Assembly (NCBI GenBank): GCA_035637315.1
Contig: DASPXK010000294.1
Location: 1 to 50,824 of the forward strand
From: Chloroflexota bacterium
GTDB lineage: Bacteria > Chloroflexota > UBA6077 > JACCZL01
DNA: 50,824 bases
Reading direction: 5' to 3'
In this document: piece by piece, positions 18,807 through 28,373 of the stretch
How the letters are laid out: each line of letters begins with the position of its first letter
Position numbering within the stretch: the first letter of the stretch is position 1
The notes under the pieces: generated by a model
What the model was told of the DNA's origin: nothing
Databases searched by the model: none
Seen by the model: the letters and a program-made list of their open reading frames with translations, nothing else
Translations under genes and position numbers: made by a program

Positions 18807-20468
18807 TTACCGCGCCGTCCAGTCGCGATAGTCGACGTCGGCAAACACCTTGTCACGCTCATACAGCTCGGCCGCGAGCTGGCCCACTGATTCGTCCGCG
18901 GGGCCCGCTTCGACGAGGGCGGCCAGGCGTTCGAAGCGCTCGTGATGGTCGTTGAACCGCTCGATCGCGTATTCGCCGGCTTGGCCGGTTGTGATCAGGA
19001 ACGGCCAGTCGCTCGACTGGAGCAGCAGCAGCTCACGCGCGGCCTGCTTCAGCACCTCCAGAGTCGGTCCGCTGGCAGTCGAGTCGCGGGCAACCAGGCG
19101 CTCCATGCGCGTCTCGGCCTCGTGAATGAGCGGCCACATCCAGTCCGTGTCGACATTTTCCCACGTGAAGTGGTTGCCGCCCATGCCCCAGGAACTCTCC
19201 GGCAGGGCGACGACATTCTCGGGCGGATGCCTTTCGAGGTAGCCGGAGGCGGTGGACAGCTCAACGCTCTGGCTCGCGGCCAGGCGCCTCAGCACCTCAC
19301 CCAGCCAGCGGACGCCCTCAAACCACCAGTGGCCAAACAGCTCGGTGTCGTAGACGGCCGCGACGATGCCGTACCGGCCGGTCCTGGCGTGATAGTCGCC
19401 GATAAGCTCCTCGACCAGCTCAGCGAAGTGGTCCGCCTGCAAGCCGATCTTCCCCTCAGCCCAGTCCGGGTGGTAGTAGTCCTTGTCGCCCAGGTCGACT
19501 CGCGGGCCGGTTACCCGCCAGTACTGCAGCCCAGACACGCCATCCTTCTTGTGAAACTCGCGGTAGTCGAAGTCCCCTGGGTAGCCGTGCTCGGCCGACC
19601 AGACCTGGAGCCCGGTGCGGTTGTTGCGGCCCATTACCGCCACGTCCGCACGGGCAACGTTGTAGGCCTCGAAGGTGCTGCGCTCCGAGACCGGGATGCT
19701 CTCGCTGACCGGCACGACGTAGCGGCGGGGGATGTCGCCGTATGGGCCGATGACCTCCTCCATCGCTTTGCCGACCGGCCGACCTCCCTCCACGGTGTGC
19801 GTCTCGGCGAAGAAGAGCCGCAGCCCCGCCTGGGCCAGGAAATCCTCGAGACCAGGCCGGATGGCGGCCCCCTCATGGTAGGCGGGACGGTATGCGCACT
19901 CGGGCAGCCAGACCGCCCTGGGTGCGCGGCCGAAGTGGCGGCGGTACGTGCGGACGCCGGTCTGGAGTTGGGCCGAAATCGACGAGTCGCGGGACAGCAG
20001 GGGCAGGTAACCGTGGGTCGCGGCCGATGTCAGGACCTCGAGATGTCCGCTTTCCTGGAGCTGGCGAGCGGCGCCCATCAGGGAGCGTTGGAATCGGTCG
20101 GTGAAGGTCGCCAGCACGTGGCGGTAGAAACTCTCGTACCAGCTCGCCAGATACGCCGCGTGGCGATCGCCAAGCTTCTCGAAGCGTCCGACGTCGCGCC
20201 CCGCACGCTCGGCCCGGTCACGCGTGTACCACGCGAAGTGCTCGACGACGAGCGGATCGGCCAATTGCTCGGCCAGGACCGGCGTGATGCCGAGCGTGAG
20301 CCGAGCTGGAACGCCACTCTCGGCCAGGTCGGCGAGCACCTCGAGGAGCGGGACGTAGGTCTCGGCGGCGGCCTCGTGGATCCACTCCTCGCCGTGCGGC
20401 CAGCGCCCGGCCTGGCGGCAGTAGGGCAAGTGGCTGTGCAAAACGAAGGTAAAAGCGCCCAGTTTCAC
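18807..20468 (-). CDS. GH57-type 1,4-alpha-glucan branching enzyme
   Basis: 553 aa. FTFVLHSHLPYCRQAGRWPHGEEWIHEAAAETYVPLL resembles the characterised Thermus/Thermococcus GH57 branching enzymes. GTG start. Confidence 0.8.
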   Translation of the reverse strand: MKLGAFTFVLHSHLPYCRQAGRWPHGEEWIHEAAAETYVPLLEVLADLAESGVPARLTLGITPVLAEQLADPLVVEHFAWYTRDRAERAGRDVGRFEKLGDRHAAYLASWYESFYRHVLATFTDRFQRSLMGAARQLQESGHLEVLTSAATHGYLPLLSRDSSISAQLQTGVRTYRRHFGRAPRAVWLPECAYRPAYHEGAAIRPGLEDFLAQAGLRLFFAETHTVEGGRPVGKAMEEVIGPYGDIPRRYVVPVSESIPVSERSTFEAYNVARADVAVMGRNNRTGLQVWSAEHGYPGDFDYREFHKKDGVSGLQYWRVTGPRVDLGDKDYYHPDWAEGKIGLQADHFAELVEELIGDYHARTGRYGIVAAVYDTELFGHWWFEGVRWLGEVLRRLAASQSVELSTASGYLERHPPENVVALPESSWGMGGNHFTWENVDTDWMWPLIHEAETRMERLVARDSTASGPTLEVLKQAARELLLLQSSDWPFLITTGQAGEYAIERFNDHHERFERLAALVEAGPADESVGQLAAELYERDKVFADVDYRDWTAR

Positions 20469-20538
20469 AAGTGGCCTCGCGCCATACCGGATGACGGCTA
20501 GTGTACCCAGTTCGTGCCTGCAGGAAGCGTGCCCGGAC

Positions 20539-21095
20539 CTAGTCTCGCGCCAGCCGCTCGCGGACGAGGGGCTCTGCCATCAGCAGCGCGAGGGCGCTCT
20601 GACCCTCGTTGATTCGGCCATCGCGAGCCCGCGCGAACGCCTCTTTGGGATCGAGCAGGACAACTTTCATGAGCTCGGTCGGCTCGCGATTGGTCGCGCC
20701 CAGTCGACGTCGAGCGCCAGGAAGGCATGGGCCCGGTGCGAGGCTTGTCCGGGCGAGGGGTAGAACGAGCCCAGGAAGATCAGCTCGCCGCAGCTACCGC
20801 CCACCTCCTCGGCAAGCTCGCGGCGGGCGGTCGCTTCGATAGACTCGCCGTCCGGCGAGCCGGCCGGAACCTCCCACGCCCAGTCACGGGCGGGGTGGCG
20901 GTACTGGCGGATGAGCACGACCTGACGATCCTTTGTCAGCGGTACCACGAACACCGCTGCAGGCGCCTCGAGATACGTGTAGGTGATCTCGTCGCCAGTG
21001 TGCAGTTTGAGCCGGTCCTCCCGCACATCCCGCCATGGGCTGCGCCGCAGATATGCGGTGTCGAGGACCGTCCAGGGCTCGGGCTGATCGTTCAA
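20539..21095 (-). pseudogene. NUDIX hydrolase (ADP-ribose/ADP-sugar pyrophosphatase-like) interrupted by a 1-nt frame disruption near 20690-20710
   Basis: Frame 1 (21095..20667) carries the Nudix box GSPDGESIEATARRELAEEVGG and ends prematurely after FLALDVDWA. A different frame continues with NREPTELMKVVLLDPKEAFARARDGRINEGQSALALLMAEPLVRERLARD to a TAG at 20539-20541, the expected Nudix C-terminus. Joined length is about 185 aa. Confidence 0.6.
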
Positions 21096-21157
21096 CGTTC
21101 AACCTCGACGTTCAACGATCGGGACCCACGTTGAACACTGAACGCCCAACGTTGAAC
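21089..21157. repeat. Stop-bearing heptamer hairpin F: (GTTCAAC)n 21089-21117 opposite (GTTGAAC)n 21129-21157
   Basis: Read directly. TCA occurs at 21092, 21099 and 21112. TGA occurs at 21132, 21139 and 21153. Lies between the aconitase stop and the Nudix TTG start, which sits inside the left arm. Confidence 0.85.
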
Positions 21158-21158
21158 C

Positions 21159-23978
21159 TCAGTTCGCGGCCAATCGGCGGAGCACCATGGGGAGGATCCC
21201 GCCCTGGCGGTAGTACTCCCACTCGATCGGCGCGTCGATCCGCACCCGCGTCTCAAAGCTCAAGGCGGACCCATCGCTCCGCCTGGCCTGGACGGTCAGT
21301 TTCTGGCCAGGCTTGAGGCCGTCGGCGATTCCGCGAATGGTGTACGTCTCCGTCCCGTCCAGGCCGAGCGAGGCCCGCCCCTCGCCCTCCTGGAACTGGA
21401 GTGGCAGGACGCCCATCATCACCAGGTTGCTGCGGTGGATCCGCTCGTAGCTCTCGGCAATGACGGCTCGAACGCCCAGCAAGAGCGGACCCTTGGCGGC
21501 CCAATCCCGCGAGCTGCCCGAGCCGTACTCGCGGCCAGCGATAACGATCAGCGGAGTGCCGTCTCGCTGGTATCGCTGCGAGACGTCGTAGATCGTGTCG
21601 ACCTCTCCACTCGGCAGGTAGACCGTCCAGCTCCCCTCCCGATCCGGCGCCAGCTCGTTGCGCAGGCGGATGTTTCCAAATGTCCCGCGCACCATCACTT
21701 CGTGGTTGCCGCGGCGGGCACCGTAACTGTTGAAGTCGCGCGGCTCGACGCCGTGCTCGATCAGATAGCGGCCCGCGGCGCCGGAGGCCGAGATCGAGCC
21801 GGCCGGCGAGATATGGTCGGTCGTGATCGAATCGCCCAGCATCACCAAAACCCGCGCGTCTGCGATGTCGGCGGGCACCGTCGGCTTGGCCTTGAGGTCC
21901 TCGAAGAAGGTTGGCTCGCGGACGTACGTGGAGCCTGGGTCCCAGGCGTACAGGTTACCCGTCGGGATCTCCAGATCTCGCCACTGTTCATCGCCCTCGA
22001 AGACGGAGGCGTAGTTCTTGCGGAAGACGTCGGGACTGACCGTGGCGTCCACCGCCTGGCGCACCTCGTCTGGCGAGGGCCAGATGTCACGCAAGTAGAT
22101 GTCAAGCTGGCTGGCATCCCGACCGATCGGCTCGCGCAAAAGGTCGACGTCGACCGTTCCGGCCAGCGCGTAGGCGACCACCAGGGGGGGCGAGGCCAGG
22201 AAGCTGGCCCTCACCTGCGGGTGAATGCGCCCCTCAAAGTTCCTGTTGCCGCTGAGCACCGCCGCAACGACCAGGTTGTTCTCGTCGACCGCCGCGGCAA
22301 CGGCCGGGATGAGCGGCCCACTGTTGCCGATGCAGGTGGTACAGCCGTAGCCGACGAGCTGGAACCCCAGCGCTTCCAGATACGGCATCAGCCCGGCGTC
22401 CCTGAGGTAGTCGGTGACGGCGCGGGACCCAGGAGCGAGGCTGGTCTTGACGTACGGCTTTGCCCTCAAGCCTCGCTCGACGGCTTTCTTGGCGAGCAGG
22501 CCGGCCCCAAGCATGACCGATGGATTGGAGGTGTTGGTGCAGCTTGTGATGGCCGCGATGACGACCGAGCCATGCCCGACCTTAGTGGTCTCGGACTCGC
22601 TCAGCCGCGTCTCAGCGGGTGGTTCCGACAGATCGGCGGCCACGACCGGCTGGCCCAGCTCCTGCTCCGAGCCACCGGGCTGTTTGGACTGTGCCGGGAG
22701 AGCGTCGCTGGCCGGGAACGTGGCGGCCAGGGCGGAATTGACGGCTGCCTCGGCGTGCTCGACGCCGTTGCCGATCCGGCCCTCGAAGGCCGCGCGGAAG
22801 GCGCGCCCCACCTCGCTCAGGCCAACGCGGTCCTGCGGACGACGCGGACCGGCCAGGCTCGGCTCGACGCTGGCCAGGTCCAGCTCCAGCAGCTCGTCGA
22901 AGATCGGGTCGGCCGTCTCGTCCGTCCGGAACAACCCCTGCTCTTTGGTGTACCGCTCGACCAGGTCGAGCAGCTCGGGTGGCCTACCCGTGACGCGCAG
23001 GTAGTTCAGGGTCTCGGCGTCGACCGGGAAGAAGCCGGCCGTGGCGCCATACTCTGGCGACATGTTGCCGATCGTGGCCCGATCCGCCACCGGCAGACGA
23101 CTGAGGCCCGGCCCACAGTACTCGACGAAGCGCCCGACCACGCCGTGCTTCCGCAGCATTTGCGTCACGGTCAGGACGAGGTCGGTGGCGGTCGCCCCCT
23201 CTCGGAGCTGGCCGCTGAACCGCACCCCCACCACCTCGGGCAGCAGCATGTAAAGCGGCTGGCCGAGCATGGCGCCCTCGGCTTCGATGCCACCCACGCC
23301 CCAGGCGAGGACGCCCAGGCCGTTGACCATCGTGGTGTGCGAGTCCGCCCCAACCAGCGTGTCTGGAAGCGCCACCATCTCGCCGTCTACCGGTCGCGCC
23401 TGAACGACCTTGGCCAAGAACTCCAGGTTGACCTGATGGCAGATCCCAGTTCCTGGCGGTACGACGCTCAGGCCGTCGAAAGCCTGCTGGGCCCAGCGCA
23501 GCAGCGCGTAGCGCTCCACGTTGCGCTCGTACTCGCGCCTGACGTTGGCGGTGAACGCCTCAGTGGAGCCGAACAGGTCGATCTGAACTGAATGGTCGAT
23601 TACCAGGTCGGCCGGCAGCAGCGGGTTGACCTTCGCCGGATCGCGCCCGAGCCGCTGCATAGCGGAGCGCATGGCGGCCAGGTCCACGACGGCCGGTACG
23701 CCGGTGTAGTCCTGGAGAAGGACGCGGGCTGGTAGGAAGGGCAGCTCGGCATCGCGGGCCTGCTCCGGTGACCAGCGCGCCAGCACCTCGACGTGGCCCG
23801 GCTCGAAGCTCTCGCGGCCGCAGTTGCGCAGCACGTTCTCCAGCAGAATCTTGACCGTGTGTGGCAGCCGCTCGACGTCCGCGAGATCACGGAGAGCGGC
23901 GAGGCTGTAGTAGCTGACGCTTTGGCCAGCGACGCTAAGACTGGCACGCGCCCCGAATGGGTTGTCCGCATACTCCAT
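21159..23978 (-). CDS. acnA: Aconitate hydratase A
   Basis: 939 aa. Full-length aconitase with IAAITSCTNTSNP, GCTTCIGNSGP and NFEGRIHP cluster-ligand motifs and a typical AcnA N-terminus. Confidence 0.95.
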   Translation of the reverse strand: MEYADNPFGARASLSVAGQSVSYYSLAALRDLADVERLPHTVKILLENVLRNCGRESFEPGHVEVLARWSPEQARDAELPFLPARVLLQDYTGVPAVVDLAAMRSAMQRLGRDPAKVNPLLPADLVIDHSVQIDLFGSTEAFTANVRREYERNVERYALLRWAQQAFDGLSVVPPGTGICHQVNLEFLAKVVQARPVDGEMVALPDTLVGADSHTTMVNGLGVLAWGVGGIEAEGAMLGQPLYMLLPEVVGVRFSGQLREGATATDLVLTVTQMLRKHGVVGRFVEYCGPGLSRLPVADRATIGNMSPEYGATAGFFPVDAETLNYLRVTGRPPELLDLVERYTKEQGLFRTDETADPIFDELLELDLASVEPSLAGPRRPQDRVGLSEVGRAFRAAFEGRIGNGVEHAEAAVNSALAATFPASDALPAQSKQPGGSEQELGQPVVAADLSEPPAETRLSESETTKVGHGSVVIAAITSCTNTSNPSVMLGAGLLAKKAVERGLRAKPYVKTSLAPGSRAVTDYLRDAGLMPYLEALGFQLVGYGCTTCIGNSGPLIPAVAAAVDENNLVVAAVLSGNRNFEGRIHPQVRASFLASPPLVVAYALAGTVDVDLLREPIGRDASQLDIYLRDIWPSPDEVRQAVDATVSPDVFRKNYASVFEGDEQWRDLEIPTGNLYAWDPGSTYVREPTFFEDLKAKPTVPADIADARVLVMLGDSITTDHISPAGSISASGAAGRYLIEHGVEPRDFNSYGARRGNHEVMVRGTFGNIRLRNELAPDREGSWTVYLPSGEVDTIYDVSQRYQRDGTPLIVIAGREYGSGSSRDWAAKGPLLLGVRAVIAESYERIHRSNLVMMGVLPLQFQEGEGRASLGLDGTETYTIRGIADGLKPGQKLTVQARRSDGSALSFETRVRIDAPIEWEYYRQGGILPMVLRRLAAN

Positions 23979-24043
23979 GAGCGACCCCCTGACTCTATCT
24001 TACTACGAGCGAAGTGTGGCGCTCTGCGGCCTATACTCGCGCC

Positions 24044-24607
24044 ATGACGGAGGCCACACCCGACAGGCTTCGCGCGGAAGCCGACCGACTAATAATCGAG
24101 GCGGCAACGGGAGCCCATACACTCAGACCCGACGAGCTCGGGCGCGTCTTGGAGCACGTGGCGAGAGCCGGCTTCGACCCGGACGCCGTCGAAGAGGTGC
24201 GCGGTCGCCTGGCGGGCGTAAGTTGGCGGGGGACGAGACTCAAGGGAGGCGACAGGCTTCCGCCGTCCGAACTGAAATATCTGTGGCACGCCGTCGAGCG
24301 CCAGGAGTGGCCTAGCGGCACAACCCTGGACGAGTATCTCGAGAGCCTTAGGGCTGTCGTGCTGGACGACAGGAGCGGCGTGTTTGCCAGCCGGGTATCA
24401 GGGTGAATGGCAGTCCGGTGTCGTGCGGCGGTCCGGTGACCTCCGTGGCCCGCGAGGCTTCGAGTGGGTTCTTGTAGAATATCGGCTAACAAGGGAAGAT
24501 GGATTACAGCGTACCAGCCACAGTTGGGTCTCCAGGAGATCCAAAGCCCGAGAAGGAGCGACGTACGATGGTTGCGCCGGCCAGGCCGGATCAGGGAATC
24601 GAGATAG
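24044..24607 (+). pseudogene. Conserved-looking hypothetical gene that appears to need two compensating frameshifts
   Basis: Segment 1 (24044-24406) ends ...LRAVVLDDRSGVFASRVSG*. The +1 frame then reads YQGEWQSGVVRRSGDLRGPRGFEWVLVEYRL (about 24396-24490). The original frame then resumes as ITAYQPQLGLQEIQSPRRSDVRWLRR... to a TAG at 24605-24607. All three pieces look like real protein; the joins are inferred. Confidence 0.35.
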
Positions 24608-24879
24608 GGCTAAAGTCCTTGCGTTTGATGCTCGACGACTTGCCAGAGGTTGCGCGGGACTGGCCTCAGATGAGCGATGCTGAGCGCGCCTCGTGGAGCT
24701 TGGATTGGGACCAGGTAATCGGTGGCGACGTGCGCTTGCTGGAGCGTCAGCGCCGCTCCGACCAGATGACGCCGGACCAGCAGGCCCGCTATCGCGACCT
24801 GCTCTGTAAGCTGAAGGAAGCACTGCCGATCATCGAGCGACTGGGCCTGTACCGGCCGCCCGTCCAGCTCGAGGACTGA
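24568..24879 (+). CDS. Hypothetical protein (103 aa)
   Basis: ORF 24499..24879 trimmed to ATG 24568, which has GAAGGAG 10 nt upstream. Translation MVAPARPDQGIEIGLKSLRLMLDDLPEVARDWPQMSDAERASWSLDW... has balanced composition. Confidence 0.55.
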   Translation: MVAPARPDQGIEIGLKSLRLMLDDLPEVARDWPQMSDAERASWSLDWDQVIGGDVRLLERQRRSDQMTPDQQARYRDLLCKLKEALPIIERLGLYRPPVQLED

Positions 24880-24898
24880 GGTCAACCGCAGCCCTGAC

Positions 24899-26614
24899 AT
24901 GGCGCTCGGGGCCATGCGCGAGCGCTTACGCTTTCTTTACGGCGATCGGCTCGGGGACCAGACCTACGCTGAGCTCCAGCGCTTGCTCGCCGAGTTTGGT
25001 GCGCCCGTCTCGTCGGGCACGTCTAGTCGGTCGCCCTTCCACCAGAGTGACGTGATCCTAATCAGCTACGGCGACTCGGTCCTGTCGAATGAGCTGAGGC
25101 CGCTGGCTGCCTTACGGGCTTTTGCCGAGCGCCACCTGCAGGACCTGGTCTCGACGATCCACATCCTCCCGTTCTTCCCGTACTCGTCGGATTACGGCTT
25201 CTCGGTCGTCGACTACCTCCAGGTTGACCCCGAGCTGGGCAACTGGGGCGACATAGCCACCCTTCACGCCCGGTTCAAGCTGATGTTCGACTTCGTCCTC
25301 AACCACGTCTCAGCCGGGAGCGCCTGGTTCGCGAAGTTCTTGCGCGGCGATTCGCCGTACGACGAGTACTTCATCACCGTCGACCCGCGGACCGATCTCT
25401 CCAGCGTCACGCGCCCGCGCACCAGCCCGCTCCTGACTCGCTATCAGACGTCCCGAGGCGAGCGACACGTCTGGACCACGTTCAGTAGCGACCAGGTGGA
25501 CCTGAACTACGCCAATCCACGGGCCCTGCTCCAGATGATCGAGGTGATGCTGAGATATGTGGAACGTGGCGCCGATCTGCTCCGCATGGACGCGGTCGGT
25601 TACCTCTGGAAGGAAGTCGGGACCTCCTGTATTCACCTGCCCCAGACCCACGAAGTCGTCAAGCTTTTGAGGGACATCCTGGACGAGGTTGCGCCGCAGG
25701 TAGCAATCGTGACCGAGACCAACGTCCCGCATCGGGACAACGTCAGCTATTTCGGCGACGGGTACGATGAAGCCCAGTTGGTCTACCAGTTCCCGCTCGC
25801 GCCGCTCGTCTTCGATGCCTTCGCACGCCGCGACGCCGGCCAGCTCACCACCTGGGCCGCCGCGCTCGAAATACCATCCGAGAGTGCTACCTTCTTCAAC
25901 TTCCTGGCCTCGCACGATGGGATCGGGCTCGTGCCCGCCAGAGGCATCCTGAACGACTCCCAGATCGCGAACCTCGTCCAACGGACGTTCGCCCACGGTG
26001 GTCAGGTCTCGTACAAAACCGATCCGGACGGCCGTGAGAGCCCCTACGAGCTGAACGCCACGTTTTTCGATGCTCTCTCGGACCCACGTGACGAGCGCGA
26101 GGGCTGGCCGACGAAGCTGGACCGCTTCATCTGCTCACAGGCGATCATGCTGGCGCTGGCCGGCGTGCCGGGCATCTACATCCACAGCCTGCTCGGATCC
26201 CACAATGACTACGTCGGCTATGCAAGGTCCGGCTGGAAGCGCGACCTGAACCACGAGCGTCTCGGCCTGGATCACGTGGAGCGGCGGCTGGCCGACCCGG
26301 CCGACGAGGCCAGCCAGGTGTTCGCTCGGTACGCCCGTCTGCTGGCCACCCGCGCCGCCCAGCCGGCCTTCGACCCCGGCTCCCCCCAACAAGTGCTCGA
26401 GGTCGGCGGCCAGGTCTTCGCGCTGCGGCGTGGCCCGCGTGGAGGCCAGACCATCCACGCGCTCCACAGCGTCAGCGAAGAGCCGCAAGTCGTTGACCTT
26501 GGACAGCTCGGCGAACCTCGCTCTGCCGAGCTCGAGGACCTGATCGGCGGGCGGAGGGTCGCGGCAGACGGACTGCTGGACCTGGCGCCTTACGAGGTCG
26601 TCTGGCTAGCGTAG
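24899..26614 (+). CDS. Sucrose-phosphorylase-family sugar phosphorylase (GH13_18; substrate unknown)
   Basis: 571 aa. HILPFFPYSSDYGFSVVDY, FDFVLNHVS, LRMDAVGYLWKE, VTETNVPH, FLASHDGIG. Confidence 0.8.
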   Translation: MALGAMRERLRFLYGDRLGDQTYAELQRLLAEFGAPVSSGTSSRSPFHQSDVILISYGDSVLSNELRPLAALRAFAERHLQDLVSTIHILPFFPYSSDYGFSVVDYLQVDPELGNWGDIATLHARFKLMFDFVLNHVSAGSAWFAKFLRGDSPYDEYFITVDPRTDLSSVTRPRTSPLLTRYQTSRGERHVWTTFSSDQVDLNYANPRALLQMIEVMLRYVERGADLLRMDAVGYLWKEVGTSCIHLPQTHEVVKLLRDILDEVAPQVAIVTETNVPHRDNVSYFGDGYDEAQLVYQFPLAPLVFDAFARRDAGQLTTWAAALEIPSESATFFNFLASHDGIGLVPARGILNDSQIANLVQRTFAHGGQVSYKTDPDGRESPYELNATFFDALSDPRDEREGWPTKLDRFICSQAIMLALAGVPGIYIHSLLGSHNDYVGYARSGWKRDLNHERLGLDHVERRLADPADEASQVFARYARLLATRAAQPAFDPGSPQQVLEVGGQVFALRRGPRGGQTIHALHSVSEEPQVVDLGQLGEPRSAELEDLIGGRRVAADGLLDLAPYEVVWLA

Positions 26615-26628
26615 CTGGGAGCGCGGGG

Positions 26629-27105
26629 TTAACCAGCCCCTGCCCGATCCACTCGATACACGTGGGCCGGCCAGTATTGGGCCCGGGCGGACAGGTCCAG
26701 GCTGCTCTGGGCCAACTGGACGATGGTGCCATGCGCGCTGCGGGGTGAGATGAAGGCCTCCTGCCAGGCCGGGTCGTCGTAGCTCTCGCCAACCACGCGC
26801 ACGCCGGCCGCCCGCGCCTCAGCTACGCACGCTGCCAGGTCACCTAACATGAAGGTGATGTGGTGGACCCCCTCACCCCGGCTGGCCAGGAAGTCCTGGA
26901 CGAAGCCGGCCTCGCCGATCGGCGCGATCAGCTCGATCCCGCCCGCGCCAGGGTATCGGAGTGTGAGGGTCCGAAAGGCGCGCTCAGGCTTCTCGTACAG
27001 CTCTTGGGGATCCCCGCCCAGCAGGTCACGGTAGAAGGGGAGCGCATCCTCGATGCTGTGGACGGCGACGGCGGTATGATCGAGCGAACGGATGGCGAGC
27101 GTCAT
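26629..27105 (-). CDS. VOC/glyoxalase-family protein (methylmalonyl-CoA epimerase-like)
   Basis: ORF trimmed to MTLAIRSLDHTAVAVHSIEDALPFYRDLLG...GVHHITF. Its ATG overlaps the MFS stop (ATGA, 27102-27105), which suggests translational coupling. Confidence 0.75.
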   Translation of the reverse strand: MTLAIRSLDHTAVAVHSIEDALPFYRDLLGGDPQELYEKPERAFRTLTLRYPGAGGIELIAPIGEAGFVQDFLASRGEGVHHITFMLGDLAACVAEARAAGVRVVGESYDDPAWQEAFISPRSAHGTIVQLAQSSLDLSARAQYWPAHVYRVDRAGAG

Positions 27106-28364
27106 ATCGACTCCCGTGCTGGCGTTGGCACTCGAGCCGGCGGTCTCGCGCCCTTGCCCAGTACGAGGGCTGAGGCCAGCGAGAAGGCGAGGCTCGAGTA
27201 GAAGAGCCACTGGTAGCCAAGCGCGGCAACGACCTGGCCACCGATGAGCGGGGCGATGGCCGCTACCAGCCCGAGCAGGCCCATGCCCAGCGCAACGTAG
27301 CTCGGGCGTCGGTCAGGCGGCGCGAACTCGATCGGCCCAGTTATCTTGCTGAGCATCCCGCCGGCCTGCGCCAGGCCCAGGAAAACAAAGGAGACCGCCA
27401 GCCAGATCGGGCCGGGCGCCGCGAGCGCCGAAACGGCCATCGCGGCGACGGCGAGCGCGCTGATCCGCGCGACGGTGGTGAAGCCGGCTCGATCTGCCAG
27501 CCAGCCAAACCCGAGGTTACCCAGCCCCTCGGCGACGAGCAGGGCCACCGTGTACCAGGCCGCCAGCTCGTCCTCGGCACCCAGGCGTTCCGCCGCGTAG
27601 ACGACCAGGAAGCTGGCGCTCATGCCACTGAGCGCGCCGAGTGCCATCCCGCCCAGAAAGCGTCTGAACGGCTTGTCGGCCGCGAGCACCGTGGGCAGCT
27701 CGCCGAGCTGGCGATCGAGGCGCCTCGGTTCGCGGGGCGGCGGCCCGGGTGGCTCGACGACCAGGAAGAGTGGAACGTATCCGACCAGCAGGATCAGGAA
27801 CGCCAGCCCGAAGCAGGCCGCGAACCCGTACGGGAAGCCGAGCCAATCCAGCAGCGGAGCGGCCAGCAGGGCTGAGGCGGCCCCGAAGAGGTTGCCCAGC
27901 GTTGTGAAGCCGCCCATGAACCGGCCGCGGCGGCGCGGTGACACAGCTCGGGCGACTAGGTCCAGCCAGGACGTCGCCGCCAGACCCCCGGCCAGGCTTT
28001 GCCCAAAGCGGCAGACGTAGAGGAAGGCCAGCACGATTGGCGCGGCGACGCTCGGCGCCGCCAGGGCGCACAGGACGAGCCCCAACGCCGGCAACCGTTC
28101 CAGGCCGCTGGCGACCACCAGCCAGGGAAGCTTACGCGAGCTGCGCTCGACGTAGCCGACCGCGAAGAGCTGAGGCAGCCAGCCGATCTGGAACGCTGCC
28201 GTCGACGCCCCGATCGCCAGCGGATTGTCGGTCAGCTTGCTGATGAATAACGGGACCAGTGTCGTGGGCGCTAGCAGTCCCACGGCCGCCATGAACAGCG
28301 CCAGGTCCGCGCCCAGGAACAGGACGTTCCGACGCTGCTGGCGTGGCGAAAGCTGGGCGATCAT
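27102..28364 (-). CDS. MFS transporter
   Basis: 420 aa with about 12 hydrophobic segments and a central cytoplasmic loop (VEPPGPPPREPRRLDRQ). Confidence 0.8.
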   Translation of the reverse strand: MIAQLSPRQQRRNVLFLGADLALFMAAVGLLAPTTLVPLFISKLTDNPLAIGASTAAFQIGWLPQLFAVGYVERSSRKLPWLVVASGLERLPALGLVLCALAAPSVAAPIVLAFLYVCRFGQSLAGGLAATSWLDLVARAVSPRRRGRFMGGFTTLGNLFGAASALLAAPLLDWLGFPYGFAACFGLAFLILLVGYVPLFLVVEPPGPPPREPRRLDRQLGELPTVLAADKPFRRFLGGMALGALSGMSASFLVVYAAERLGAEDELAAWYTVALLVAEGLGNLGFGWLADRAGFTTVARISALAVAAMAVSALAAPGPIWLAVSFVFLGLAQAGGMLSKITGPIEFAPPDRRPSYVALGMGLLGLVAAIAPLIGGQVVAALGYQWLFYSSLAFSLASALVLGKGARPPARVPTPARESI

Positions 28365-28373
28365 TTGGGCTGG

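Noticed and set aside
17281-20171. HIP1-like octamer GCGATCGC (17281-17288, 20164-20171)
   Set aside because: Two copies in about 51 kb is roughly what this base composition predicts for such an octamer, and both lie inside genes. There is no evidence of a HIP1-type over-represented palindrome.
18942-20501. 519-aa ORF on the plus strand
   Set aside because: Antisense to the GH57 branching enzyme, whose translation carries clear family motifs. The composition is low-complexity and GC-biased.
22560-22700. About 45-aa insertion in aconitase before the IAAITSCTNTSNP motif
   Set aside because: Long AcnA forms of about 940 aa with an extended linker are normal in high-GC Gram-positive-type lineages, so this is not unusual.
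21435-23591. 718-aa ORF on the plus strand
   Set aside because: It lies entirely antisense to the full-length aconitase gene. The translation is Arg/Gly/Ala/Pro/Val-rich with no motifs. This is the typical GC-driven shadow ORF.
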